Shown here piece after piece: positions 14,056-27,379 of a DNA stretch of 64,000 nucleotides; the first letter of the stretch is position 1; each line of letters opens with the position of its first letter. A program made the position numbers and the translations under genes. Source of the stretch: Trichinella spiralis (taxonomy: Eukaryota). A model generated the notes under the pieces. It was given only the letters and a program-made list of their open reading frames with translations, ran no database searches and was not told the origin of the DNA. The stretch lies in NCBI RefSeq assembly GCF_000181795.1, contig NW_003526944.1, positions 3,176,793 to 3,240,792 on the forward strand, given 5' to 3'.

Positions 14056-16778
14056 TCAAATAAATGAAAATCGAGATCGACCAGAGCTTTCCGATAGAGA
14101 GGCGTTCGTTTCTTCCAAATGCAAACGTTTGCAGATGCTTGCGTACGATTTCAAATTCAGCTTCTCCTCGTCAATACCTTGCAGTTCGTAGTCGGAATAT
14201 ATTTTCTAAAAAAGACCAACAAATCAATGAATAAAATAAAGTGTGCACATTTGAAAATAGAAGCAGCATTCAAAATTCATTACAAATAATAAAAGAAAAA
14301 ATAACTGAATAATGATTATGATAATGATGATGCAATAATAAAAAAGGTTGCTGCTGTTAGTAGAGTTAATAATATCGACGAACAAAAAAAACAGCTCTCT
14401 TCTTCTCACCTTCATCAAATAGCTGAGGCAGGTAAGTTGATAAGCTGACAATGATCGATCGTGCCGTTCAGTCAGCCAGTTGTTAATCAACTGCAACTGA
14501 CCACTGTACCAAACCTTAAAATTATCAAATGTGGAATAAATGGAAATTTGACTGACGTAGTAATTCAAATGTGGAACAATTAAATAATTTTTGTTCATGC
14601 TCGAGAAATGTCAAATATATATATTATATTAATTACTTCGAACAGATGAGTAACAAACAGCTCATCAGTGACCAACTGCCTGAGCTGTTCTAACGATATA
14701 CGCATGAATTCAATGTAACTGTGTCCCAAGTGACTAGCACTGGGTGCTTTGGTTACTGGACGCTAAAATTGTAAAAAAAAATCTCAACGCTACTTCTATA
14801 CTGTTAGTGCCCTGTACTTGTTTTGGCGGTGACTGGGATTGGACAAGCATTGGAGCTTCAGTAACCATCGATTTCACCTGAAAAAAAATTTTCCAATAAA
14901 AAATGAGATTCGATTTCAATCTGATAAAAAATGTAATCCACAAAAACCAACAACAACAACAACCACACATATTATATATGCGCAAAATTACAACACTTAT
15001 GCTTACTTTGGCGAATATGTTGTTCGGTTTTGGCTAAATTGAAACAACTATCAAAAGTGATATTTGAAACTTGAAAATTAAAAAAACAAATATTTTACAA
15101 ATCAAATCAAATATTAAACATGATTATTAATAAGATGATAAGTGATGAAATTTGAAAGGAGAAATTTCCACTACAATTACCGCACAGGGAATAAAAATGA
15201 ACAATAATTAATTAAAATAAAACTTACTGCAATTGACAAAATTGTGCCAATTGGATTTCCTTCGTCATATCTGGCCATTTTCACCAAAGTACTTTCCAAA
15301 ACTGCCAACAGCTGAAAAAGCAAGCAAGCAAGCAAAAAAAAACTGAACATTCGTGCAAATTTATCACTCATGCACAGCATATATATATATAAATAAATAA
15401 TTGTTGCCTTTTCAACAATCAACTTCTCCATAGTTTCCAAAATTTTGTCCAAACTTAAATCCACCGCATTCTGATACCGCTGCTACAAATACAGAAAAAA
15501 AATTAATATGCTTGAAACTGATTAATTGAACAAAGAATAAATTTATGAAAAAGGTCGAAAGAACAACAACATAAAATGAACTACTAATACTACTAGCAGT
15601 ACTACTTACAATATCACCACCATCGCCGCCACAAAGTTTCAATGCCTAAAAAATGGAAAAAATGTCTGCTTGTTATCTGAAGAGAGACAAAAGAGAAGAA
15701 CCAAACAATCGGCAAGCAATATAATATAAGGAAAGAAGAAAATTGCTTCTATTTACTCGTTCTTTGGCGTCGAAAATCACGTTCACCATTACGCAAACTT
15801 CGGTGGGCAAAATGTAATCCGTGTTCCGCTTCGCTCTTCCCAACCATTGTTCAAAAACAGCCATAGTTCTGAAAATTAAAAAAAAACCAACCAACAATGA
15901 CACCGCTTGTCGATAATAATTATTACAATTTACTTTTCAGCACATTTCATAATCATATCCGAAGCCATGCGCTTCATGCGATCCTCCAAATGACTGGCGA
16001 ACTCTTCTTCTGGCCAATGCAAATTGGTGGTAAACGACTGCAACGATTCGAGCTTCCAAAATATATCCTCGGACGTGACACACCCGTGACTGCATAGAAA
16101 AAAAATCCCCAAAATTCAATAGACATCAAAAATAATAACTTGGCAAACAGATATATATATAGATAGATATATTACTTTTTCACTTCCCATTTTTCTTTGG
16201 GAAATTCTTTCTCTATGGACAATTCAATCGAGTGTTCCATGAGATCGACATAACGCACCACAATTGGTGCAAAAATGGCTAACAATTTCGAATGAAAAAT
16301 TCCTTTCTTCAATTGACCTGTGAGAAAATTGAAAGAAAATTCAATCATCAATCTTGATTAATTAATTAATTAATTAATTAATTAAAAACTTTCAAGATAA
16401 CAAACTGCTGCTGCTCACCGTCTTGGCATAAGTAATCGTTGAGCAATTCGAACAGCGGAAATGCGTCCCACGTGTCGGGCGGTTGAACAGCCAGGGCAGC
16501 TTGCATGTCGACCAAAAATAGAGACCAATACGTTTCGGCATGTTCAACCAACAATTCGCTGTACCAAGCAAAAGCCTGAAAATTCCAAACACAACAACAA
16601 ATTTTTTGATTTTAAAAAAAGCATCGAAATTGAAATTACATATACCTCAGCATGATATTCATCGATCTCTTTCAAAAGATCAACGCACATTTCCGCAATT
16701 CGAATCAAATCATCAATTCGAGCTGCCGGTGAAATTCCACTGGCAATACGTTCTGAAAAAGGGCGAAAGAAATAAATT

Positions 16779-16816
<38 letters not shown>

Positions 16817-19800
16817 TTATTAATCCACTTATGCAAACGGAAAATTAACAACATCAAACATTTGTTGTCACCTTCGAGTGATACTTCAGAACATATTTGC
16901 GTGTAATTGACCAACGCTGCATTTTCCAAGCATCTTTTCACAACGTTGTGAACTTCTTCTGATCCCAAAGAACCCTGAGTATCTTTCATCAATACCTGAA
17001 AAAGAAAATCAACAAATATCAATAATTACAATTAATACTGGACAATTAATTAATGTAAATGGACTGAATGGAAATTTATCATTTTCATCACATACTCTCT
17101 CCAAAAGTGACAGTGTTGCTTTGAGTGCACCTTCAGGCCGACCAAATGGAAAGCAGTGCCTGAGAAACAAAATTTCATTTTTTATTATTTCATAAATTAT
17201 ACAATTAAGTGAAAAAGAATACCTGAAATTGGTGATCTGCTTTTCAAGCAAGGCACGCAAACGTGATTTCACTTGATTGAATCGATCACGTTCGTTCAAC
17301 GTCACAGTACCAACACCGTCAGGCCTTAATTAACATATAAATTGTTCCGTAAGCGCAAGAAATAAACAAATAAAAACATATATTCTCATATATGTGCAAT
17401 TTCTGATTATTGTGTATTGAGATTGAAAAATAGCATTTTTGCTTTTTTACATTTAAAAAAGCTACCTGTTTCCATGAACATGCGAAGCGCAAAAAGCAAA
17501 ACTGTAATGCAACAGGGTTGGATCGATGACGTGGTCACTTTCCGCTTTGTTCAGCAAATCGTTCAACAAGCAGACGTTCCTGTGGCAGCCACGAACCATA
17601 TAACGAGCGCAGTATTCGTCGAGCATAAATATCTGAGCCGGTGAAAACCAACCCTAAAAAATGCCAAGTACACACACCAGTGAACGAACGAGAGAACCAA
17701 TCGGCCAGATATGCAACCCCCCTCCCCACCCTCTCATCCCAAGTGATTTTTTATTCTCATTTCACCGGAAAATGTTTACCAACGAACATATGGGTTCATT
17801 CAGGCGATAATTCAAAGTGAGCGACTGCAGCAAAGCAAAGTACTGTTCATGTGGACTTTTCACCGGATCAGCTTGGATAAATTCATCAATGCCCAATTTC
17901 TTCGCCTGTTCGTCTAATAATAGAGTAGAGGAAATTTTAAAAATTGCAAAAGAAAAAAAAAATTCAACAACAATGAATATTGATTGAAAATGCGCTACAA
18001 TTGTGAGCAATTGAATAATTGGGTTGAGTTACCACCAGATTGAGGTTTAGAAAAAGTGCTGTCCACTTTAGATGGCACTGGCTTGTGAGCTTGACCAGTT
18101 GCTCTGTACAACGCTTGGACCCACATGTGCCGTTCGTTGTCATCATCTGTAGCAAATTTGATCTCTTCACCTTCTTTTAAGGCACTGAAAAAATACTTTC
18201 CGCCCAAAGAGAACAATTCTGAAATGCAAATGAAAAAATATTGAGTACAAGCAGCAACAACAAAAGCAACATGTGAATTAATTCATTATGCGTACCCGGA
18301 TCCGGCTCCGCATAATCAACCGTAAAACCGTCCAATTGCATAAATTCTGCCGGTTCACTTGAGCGTTCTTTGTAATTACACATTGCAAATGTATACTGAG
18401 ATACCTGGAAGGTGAAGTAAATTATAGGATTACCTTTTTTGTTCAAAAAAACAAATAAAGAAAAAGACATTTCACCTGAATAAGGCAGATATAGCGTTTT
18501 TTCCAATGCTTCCATACAACTTTACCCAGAACATAACAATATCTAGAAAAAGTAAAATTTCCCATTCCCGTTGTTAAAAGCAAAAGCAAAAAAAGAATCT
18601 ACAAAAAAATTCATCTTCTTACCCGCAGTATTTCAAATTTTGAGGCTTTTCCATTCGAATAGCGATTCGTATGCGCAAATTTTGATCGCTCAATCCTTTC
18701 GGCACGGTCATTTTATACCATTCTGGCGATCGTGAACTGTTCGGCGACGGACGAATGACAACCCAAAATTTATAACAAAAATAAATTACATTACACAATG
18801 TATAAGTAATTGTACAATGCATGTTGGTGTTTTATGTCGTATTTCTGCATTTTTTTTCGTCTCAATACATGATGCATACTGCATACCTTGCCCAATTCTT
18901 TATCTTCAAAAGCAAGAACGCCTGAATTTTCCGCGTATAATTTCACTTTAACTGTAGGAAGAGGATGTTGAGTGGTAAAATCGCCTTGAGTATCCCATCT
19001 AAAACCGACAAGGGGAATTATGCAGAGAAAAATAACTTGCAAAAAAGAAAAATAAATTCACGTTGGATTGGCAGCTTCAGCACTTCCAGTTTGCAATTTG
19101 CCACTACCTTCGACCTCCATCGTGCAATAGACTACTTTGTTCGGCGGTACAGATTTCAAATTCTGTGCTTCCATGACCACTACCTGAAATAATAAATTTA
19201 AAAAGAAATTAAATAAATTGGGAAAAATTCTAAAAATACACATACTTCAAGATTAAAATGAAGCACCACATCACTTTTTGTCAAAACTAATTCATTTTCA
19301 TCACCGTCAATTTTATTGGTAGAATGGGTAGAGGAGCGTCGTTTCAAACTGCAAAATGAAAACTTGCAATGTAAAATATGTTTGCAAAAAATAAATATGT
19401 AACCAATAGACCATCGTATTATGAGTAATGGAAAATGTGAAACAGTTTTGAACTTTTAACATGATCATTATTATTATTATTGCGTAATGCGGTCTCGTGC
19501 AAAACAAAAAAACCGATCCATTCACATCCAGCACCAACTAAAGTAACCTTTAAACTGCAAAAAAGATATACATATATGTATATATGCATATATACACGCG
19601 TGTGTGTAATTTGGAAATTATTTTACATAGGTAAATTTATGAAATTCTGTGGTTCTTACCTAAACCAATCTTTACTAAACCCCTCTCCAATACAACAAAC
19701 AGCAAACTGCCACAACACAGGACACAAGTCAAAACAAAAAGCAACAATTCGACACAACAGCCTTGCCAACCTGTTGAAAAGAAACGTCTCCTGGGATCCA

Positions 19801-20952
19801 CAGTTTCGTTGCCTGAAATAAAATTAATTATTATTAATAACAACAGCAGATTATGAGAAAAATTTTCCAACAGATCATCATTGGAAATGTGAATTGGAAT
19901 CATCACCTGGATCGTGAGCGACGCTTAAATGTACGCTTTGCGGATGATTGTTTCGGATTGACGGGTACCGATTCAAGATTTGAAATCAACAAATTAATCG
20001 ATGCTCGTACTTCGTCCAGGTACAACGTTTCCATATCTTTGACAACGAACTTGGGCATCAATTTTCTGTCCTGATGACGTGAAAATAAACAATGTATGTA
20101 TAGATATATATACGTATGTATGTATGTATGTATTCTTACACGAGCCATTTCTTGAACAAGTTGCATTCGACTGTCCAATTCTCTTCTTATTGAAGCGGCT
20201 TGTTCGTCGGTATTGTCGAGCTGGAAACGACAAAATCATTCCAACAAAAATAATAATAATAAAGGGTTCACCTGAAGAGCATTGTATATGAGCTGATGTT
20301 CGAATTTCTTGACATCCAATATGGCCTGCATCATGTCGTATATTTGTTCGTTAGTCATGATCAGATCGACAATTTGACCACCGGTACGGCTTTTCGGCGG
20401 TCGGCGGCTGCACAGTTCATCTTCGACCCGGTAGATGAAGTCGAATTTGGCCATCCAAGAATTCATGACCGTCTCCTTGCTGAGACCGTTGATTTCGGGC
20501 AAACTGCGCAGACGACGGTCAACGGTGCACCGGAACACGTCGCGAAAATCGATGGAAGAGAACCCACCAGCCGAGACCACATTGACCACCCGGTCGGACA
20601 ACAAGAACACGTCATAATAGGACTGTATGGCGTTGGTGAACGCTTCGTCGACGACGATCTGAATCTCGCCCCGTAGAAAGCTCGAAAAACGTTCGCGGAT
20701 ACGGGCCAATTCTTGGTGGTTGATTTTACACTGGCGACGGACCATGTCGATCGGCTGCTTCGAATTGAAATGATAAGCCACGCACCGGGCGACGAACACG
20801 TAAATTTGCAACCTCGTCTTTCGTTCTTTTTCCTCATCATCTTCTTCACTTTTCACCCTGTGAGCAAAGAAAAAATAACAAAAATTGTTAACTTTTTTTC
20901 CAGCAGATCCCCTGAAATTATTCAAATTACCAAACAAGTTGTAAATAAATAA

Positions 20953-20988
<36 letters not shown>

Positions 20989-23019
20989 CATAATAGAAGA
21001 AAATAAGAGTATCTGTATCTCTGTGTGTGTGTGCGTGATTGGTCTTGCTTTGCTTTCAAAAGCATTTGTTGAAGTAAAAGAAAAAATAAAACAACAATGC
21101 AAAAATGCCCTTTGCCAATGGTTTTTCGGTCACTCGATCAATACAAGTGACCGACCGGTGAAAATGAAAAGCAACCAACCATCCATCGATTTTTCTCTTC
21201 TTCTTCTCCCCCCCCCTCCCCCTCCCCAAAAAGAACAGACAGCAACTCCCCTGGATATGACGAAATCAATCGAAAAGAATGAATTGCCCAAGAAACAGAT
21301 ATATTTTTATTTATACAATCTACAGATTTGATTACAATCGTATTATTACACCATGCACAGTGCTGATTCTCAATTGAACAACAATTAATAAGTGGACAAC
21401 TTTTTATGCTCGAATCTGAAAGCGAACTGTTTCGTTGTTCCCAGAAACGAACGCGTCGAACTTTCCTACACAATAACAAATTAGCACACAAATAAAACGC
21501 CCCAGTGGGTAAATTGCGATTGCCGAAAAATAATTCCAATTTTTTTCCACGATATTCAGATTTCAACAAAATCAACGTCTGATAAACTTGTAAATTTGCA
21601 TAGCTGTGACACGTTTCTTTCAAACGAAACGAAAAACTGATGCCAGCATTGAAAATTTCAATATTATCATCACAAGCAATGATTATTGATTTTCCCATCT
21701 TGTTCGTTCAGACTGGAGGGGAGGGGATAAATTAAATATTTGAGAAATAATAAAGCGACAACAATTATTCGACCTGAAGAAGAAGAAAAAGACAAATGAG
21801 CAAATTGAAAAACCAAGCTAACGAGAAATTTTTGGAAAAAAAAACCAAAACTATGCCTCATTTAATAAATAAACACCAATTTCACACAATTTATCCCCTT
21901 GTCGAGCACATGTATGACAACACAGTGTGCTTTTATCTTATCCCCACAACTGGAAGTGAGAGAAGAACGGTTTAAATAATGTCGAGTAAAAGGAAGAGAT
22001 GGAGAAAAGTGATTTGCATTAAAGCGAAATCAGCCGTATATAAAATGAATGCGTTTCCACTGTTCACCGTTCACATGCTATATCAAAAGGCAACATCATC
22101 ATCAAAATGGCAACTCATCGCCGTGAGGGGAGCAAATTCATCTATCTCCAACGGCGACGCTATTGAAAAGTTAGCAAACAAATACTTCACGTCCTCAAGC
22201 GTATGTGCACGCATAGGCGCCAGAAATAAGCCACAAATGTAAGCATTATGATGATGATGATGATGATAATTATCATTGTTGGAAAGTTGATAAGAATCGA
22301 CCAAATCGCGAAATTGATTAGGTGAAGAGGAACAATTTTCGGTTCAATAGAAATTGGAAATGATTGAAAGAGGGAAGAAGGGTTGGGAAGAAGGGAAAAC
22401 TTTTTCCCTTCGAATATCCATGAAAAATGAACATTGCCAATGTGCAATTATTCATTCACAACGCGAAACCACTTGTGATCATACAACTAATAGCAGAACA
22501 AACGATGCGCATCTCGCCAACCATCTATCTTCAAGAACAGAATTGACTGATCCATCCACACATGCAATTCGACTAGATGGTTCAAAATTGAAATAAAAGC
22601 AAAAGGAAAACAGAAACTCATAACGAATGGAATGAAAAAAAATAATACAAATAGTGAAATTTAGAAATTATTAATAATTTTTCAAAAACTTACTTTTCCC
22701 CTTCGACAGTTGTAGAGGCAGAAGCGGATGCAGCTTGCCTGTTGTCCAACACCAATGACCGTATGGACGAGGAACGGGATTCGGCCAGGGCGGCGGTCGG
22801 CTGACCAAGGAAGCATGTGCCGCCGCTGGTGCTGCGGCTCGGCTCCCCAAGACTGACGCGGTCCGAGTCGACCAAACTCGGCGACCGTACGGACAGAAGA
22901 CTGCCGCCAAACGGCGCCGGTCGAGGACTGGGCGTCAAAGTGCGCTCATCGCGTTCCCAAGCCCCGACGCCGGGTTCGTTGTCTTCCTCATCGCTGCTGC
23001 TACTGCTGGCACCCAACAT
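14056..23019 (-). CDS. unc-31: Calcium-dependent secretion activator CAPS/CADPS (UNC-31), ~30 exons
   Basis: Spliced translation begins [13 protein letters not shown] (exon 22694-23019). It continues [21 protein letters not shown] (20272-20857), C2-type [26 protein letters not shown]...[16 protein letters not shown] region [24 protein letters not shown]...[48 protein letters not shown] region [14 protein letters not shown] and RYDEG, and ends [17 protein letters not shown]...SFI* (TGA 14058-14056). Exon phases checked at many junctions. Confidence 0.95.
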
Positions 23020-26000
23020 TCAGCTTCAGCTTCTTCTTCTTCTTCTTTTAGTAATGCTTATTGTATTGTTGCTTTGCAGCATCAACTGCTTTGTTGTTGT
23101 TGCTTGCTTCGATTTAAACTTCAAACTGCTGCTTCAGTTGACAAGGCTAAAATGAACAAAACTGAAATGAATCTATCTACCACCACCACTACAGCAGCTT
23201 GTACGTGTATACAACACACGCGTCGATTCTCGAACACGGTCGAACCAAGCTGTATTATTATTATTCATTAGTATATTCGCAAAAAAACTTTTTGAAAATA
23301 ATATTTCAACGCAAATTTCATAAAGTATAACAGAAAAAGAGAAATGTTAGAAAGAAAAAAAACGTCGAAAATGAAAAAAACAGACCAAGCAAAAAACAAC
23401 TGTAGCCGAAGTCAACATTGCAAGTTGAATAAACAAATTCTTCTTCTCGCGCTTTATTGATTCGTTGATTTTAGAGAACTTTTCGAAAATAGAGAAAATA
23501 AGACAAAAAAACCAACAAACTTCGACGAGAAAACTGTTGAAAAATTCTTACTGTAGAACAATTGTTGAAAATCGTATATGAAATATATTAAAGGGAAAAT
23601 GGAAAGCAAAAAATACCAAGTTGTGGAATAAGTAGTTCAGAATTAAAGAGCATATTCATTCAGTGGGAAAAGTTGGAATGGTGGAGCAGAGAGAAAGTTA
23701 ACGAGAAGCAATTGTGCCGAAACAAGACCGACCAATTTGGTGGCAAATCGAATCGCCGCCGAGCCGAATATCGTCGAAGAATATGCTCGGTGATTGTTGT
23801 ATTGGAAAAAAAATATGAAAATTTCAAAAAAAATGCAACTTGAATAACAAAAAAAATTAATAATAATAATAATTTCTGTTCAACCAGTTCAAAAATGCTG
23901 ACCAGAGAGAAAAAGTGATTGGAAAATGCAGCCGAAAAGCGACTACTTTTTGGAACCGTTTCCAAGTGAAAAGGAGGGATGTAATCGAATAAAATTGACT
24001 GACCAACTGGACAATTGATAAAGTGGATTCGAAGCGTTTCACTTGTGCAAAAGTGAACCCAAATAACAAGCAAGCAGGCAAAATAACAATCCCATTGTTG
24101 ACAAGTTGTAATTGTCGAAGCAGCCAATGAAATAAATAAATCATTTGTGAATAAAACAAAAGAAATAAATAAATCCCCTTTCGTTATTATTCGACAATTA
24201 CTGCCAAAAATAGGATCGATGGAAGAAGTGAGAATTGCAATTGATCACTCTTGTTCTTCCACCATTCATTCGTTCAATCGCACACTTTAACACACAATAA
24301 AAATTGACACTGGACCAATATGAAAATCACATTTTCGAACAATTTTACAAAAAAAAATTGCTCAACAACAAACAAACAAACAAACAAACACTAAACAACC
24401 AACTAATAAATAACCTTTGAACTTATTTTCCAAATAGCCGACTAGTGTATGCGTGTGTGGAGACGAATTAAAACGGAAAGCGCAATTTCCTCATTCTCAT
24501 GACCAAATCGATTTCGGCGGAGGCCTCCGTTGCTGTTACTGCTACTAAAAAGCTGCTTGGGCTGCTGACTTGGAAATTATCAATCCATGCGAATTCTGAC
24601 GTCCCTATCCCACCAACTGATCGTAAACATTTGACATTTCACTTTGCCTTTGATCACTTACCAACTGTCGACCAAATCAACTCGAAATTGCCAAAAATAA
24701 ATAAATAAATAAATAAATAATAATAATAATACCATCCATTTTATCCATTCTCCCCTTTGACAACGTCATTTTGAAAGGTCCATTCATCACTGACAACAAT
24801 ACCAATAACAATAATCTCAATCATCGTCACCATCATTGTTTATTTTTTTTCTCTTCACTTCTTCTCTTTCAAACAATTGAACTTGCTTGTCATTTTTGTA
24901 CATCGCTCGTTCGTATGGTAATTCTTCTTTTGTTCAATAAATGTCATCAATCCCACTAGTGTTATTCTTTTCTTTTCTTTCTCTCTTTTTTTTATTAATT
25001 ATTTATTACACGAAACATTATCGATTAGAAAATTTTATAATTAAAAAAATAAAATAAAACTACAAACTTACAGTTACAATAGAATGATAATGTCAAAAAC
25101 GATAAACTGTACTTTCTTCAAGTACGGCTATTGAAATTTTTAAATTTCATTCTTTTCATACGTCTTCAAAAGTGAACATCAAAAACTCTGTTCCTTTTAT
25201 TCCCTAATTGCCGTCGATAAAATTTGCAACTTTCAAGGCTTCACAAATCAAGCACAACAAAGATGATGATAATTATAAATTAGACATTTCTTTTTTATAT
25301 CGATAACGATACAATGCACTTTTTTTTGATCATTTGATCAAAACGAAAGTTCATAGTTGAATAGGAACAAAAATGTGGCAAATAAAATTTGCAGCATGAA
25401 AAGAAAAGAAAAAAATCCAGCTAACTACATACAATACAATCGATCAGCAGCATTAAAAAAAAACATCACAAAACAGGCAACAGAATTGCATTCAAAGAAA
25501 AACAACAACAACAACCAAGTCTTATTATATAAAATTATAAAGATGAAATAAACCAAGTGTAGCTAAAGTTGGCATTTTGGTTTAAATTAAAAATTCCATG
25601 TACTCTCAAATTATAACAGTAAAACGAACAGTTGGAATTTTTGTGGAAAAAAAATATCACTAAACAAATAAATAAATAAATAAAGAACTACCTTTGAAAA
25701 ATGAAGTATCAAATGACAAAAGATAAGATAAATATTGAAAAAAAATATATACATATTTCCCAAGATAGAAAAGCGCAATTTTTCAAGCAAGTTGATCATT
25801 TTAGTCGATGAATAATTTTCCATGTACATCGCTGTACGTGTGGAAAGCAATTAAAAACGTGTATTTGTGCAAACGTACTAATACCCCGAAGAGCGTTCAA
25901 TCGATAATAAGGAGAAAATCACCAACACCACCAAGTACACTTCAATTACCTCTAATTACAAGGCAGTGCTGTCGTCAAAGTGGTGTGTACGTTCGGACAA

Positions 26001-27341
26001 TTTTTTTATATAAAAATTAAAAATGCTCAACATGTAGAAATGAAAAATGATCGCTATTTATTTAGCTTGTTCGCTACTCTCTCTCTACTGAAACTCTTCT
26101 TCACCAGAAGTAGCAGAGAAAAAAAACCGCATTCATACTCAATAAAATATTACTGAAGATGAAGTGGAAAAAATTTATCGAGAAATTATGCAATTGATTT
26201 TCAACAACAAAATTTCACAAAAAATTAACAATATTAATAATTTCAACAGACATACGACAAAAATTTAGTCAGTCTGCATTGGAATTTTTCCAGGGAATAA
26301 TAATTTCTTGGATTGTTCGAAAGCTGAACGCGAAACAACAATAATCAAACAAAATTGTCAACAAATTTTGTTTCAACTGCAGTTCAATTCACCAATTATG
26401 CGCAGCTTTTGGGTAAAGCTAAAAATAAAACTGCCGAAAATCTTTCAAATCCTCCAAATTCGCCTGACCATAGATGGAAATCAAAAAGAAGAAGAAGAAG
26501 AAGAAATCAATTTTAATTTAAAAAAATTAATTTGTGAAAAATGATATTTTAAAAGTTGGTGGAAATTTTTAATTGAACGACAGTCAAATGAAATTGCTCA
26601 ACAAACAAACGAACCAATTTTGTGTCGGATCTTCTACAATAAACAGTTGAAGAAGTATATGAGTATAAAAATCAAAATGATATGCTACCGCTTTTGAATA
26701 AATTTCATAAAACTGACAAAAAAAGTATGGGATGAATGAATAACTGAACGAGAAGAAACCTCAGTAAACTAACATCACGTTATTTATAGAGACAGATGTG
26801 AGATAATTCACACAATCAACAGTCGATATGTAAAATGAAATGCAGAAGAGACAATTTTTTTTTCAATAATCCAATTTTATGAACAGAGACAAATTAATAT
26901 AATAAATTTTTACCGACGTGTAGAATTGTGCCATACCGGTGCAAATGTGCGAGTGCATGTGTGTGTGTGATCGATTCAATAATAATATATAAAGCTATCG
27001 CGTGCTCGCTTGTCCGTCTGTCAAGTCACTGCTGACATTGGAATTGATATTTCTAATTTTCCTCTAGAATGATGATAAAAATAATCTTCGCCTCCTTCCT
27101 CACCAATAATAAGTCAATTTTTTTTACCTCGCTGTACGACAAGAATTACAAATACGCGTACATAATATACTCGTCCAATTCAACCCTTTTGATATCCAAT
27201 TACGAAATGATGAAAAATTTATTCTTTGAATATAATTTCTATTTGAACTTGAAAGGAAAAATTAATTACCAATAAAAAGTATCGAATTTGTTATTCGTCA
27301 AGTAAAGGATTATTAAAGCAGTGTAAAAAATAAATAAATAA

Positions 27342-27379
<38 letters not shown>

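Noticed and set aside
19548..19554. 7-nt AG...GT-bounded microexon candidate in unc-31
   Set aside because: Frame-shifting, weak donor, not needed for the protein.
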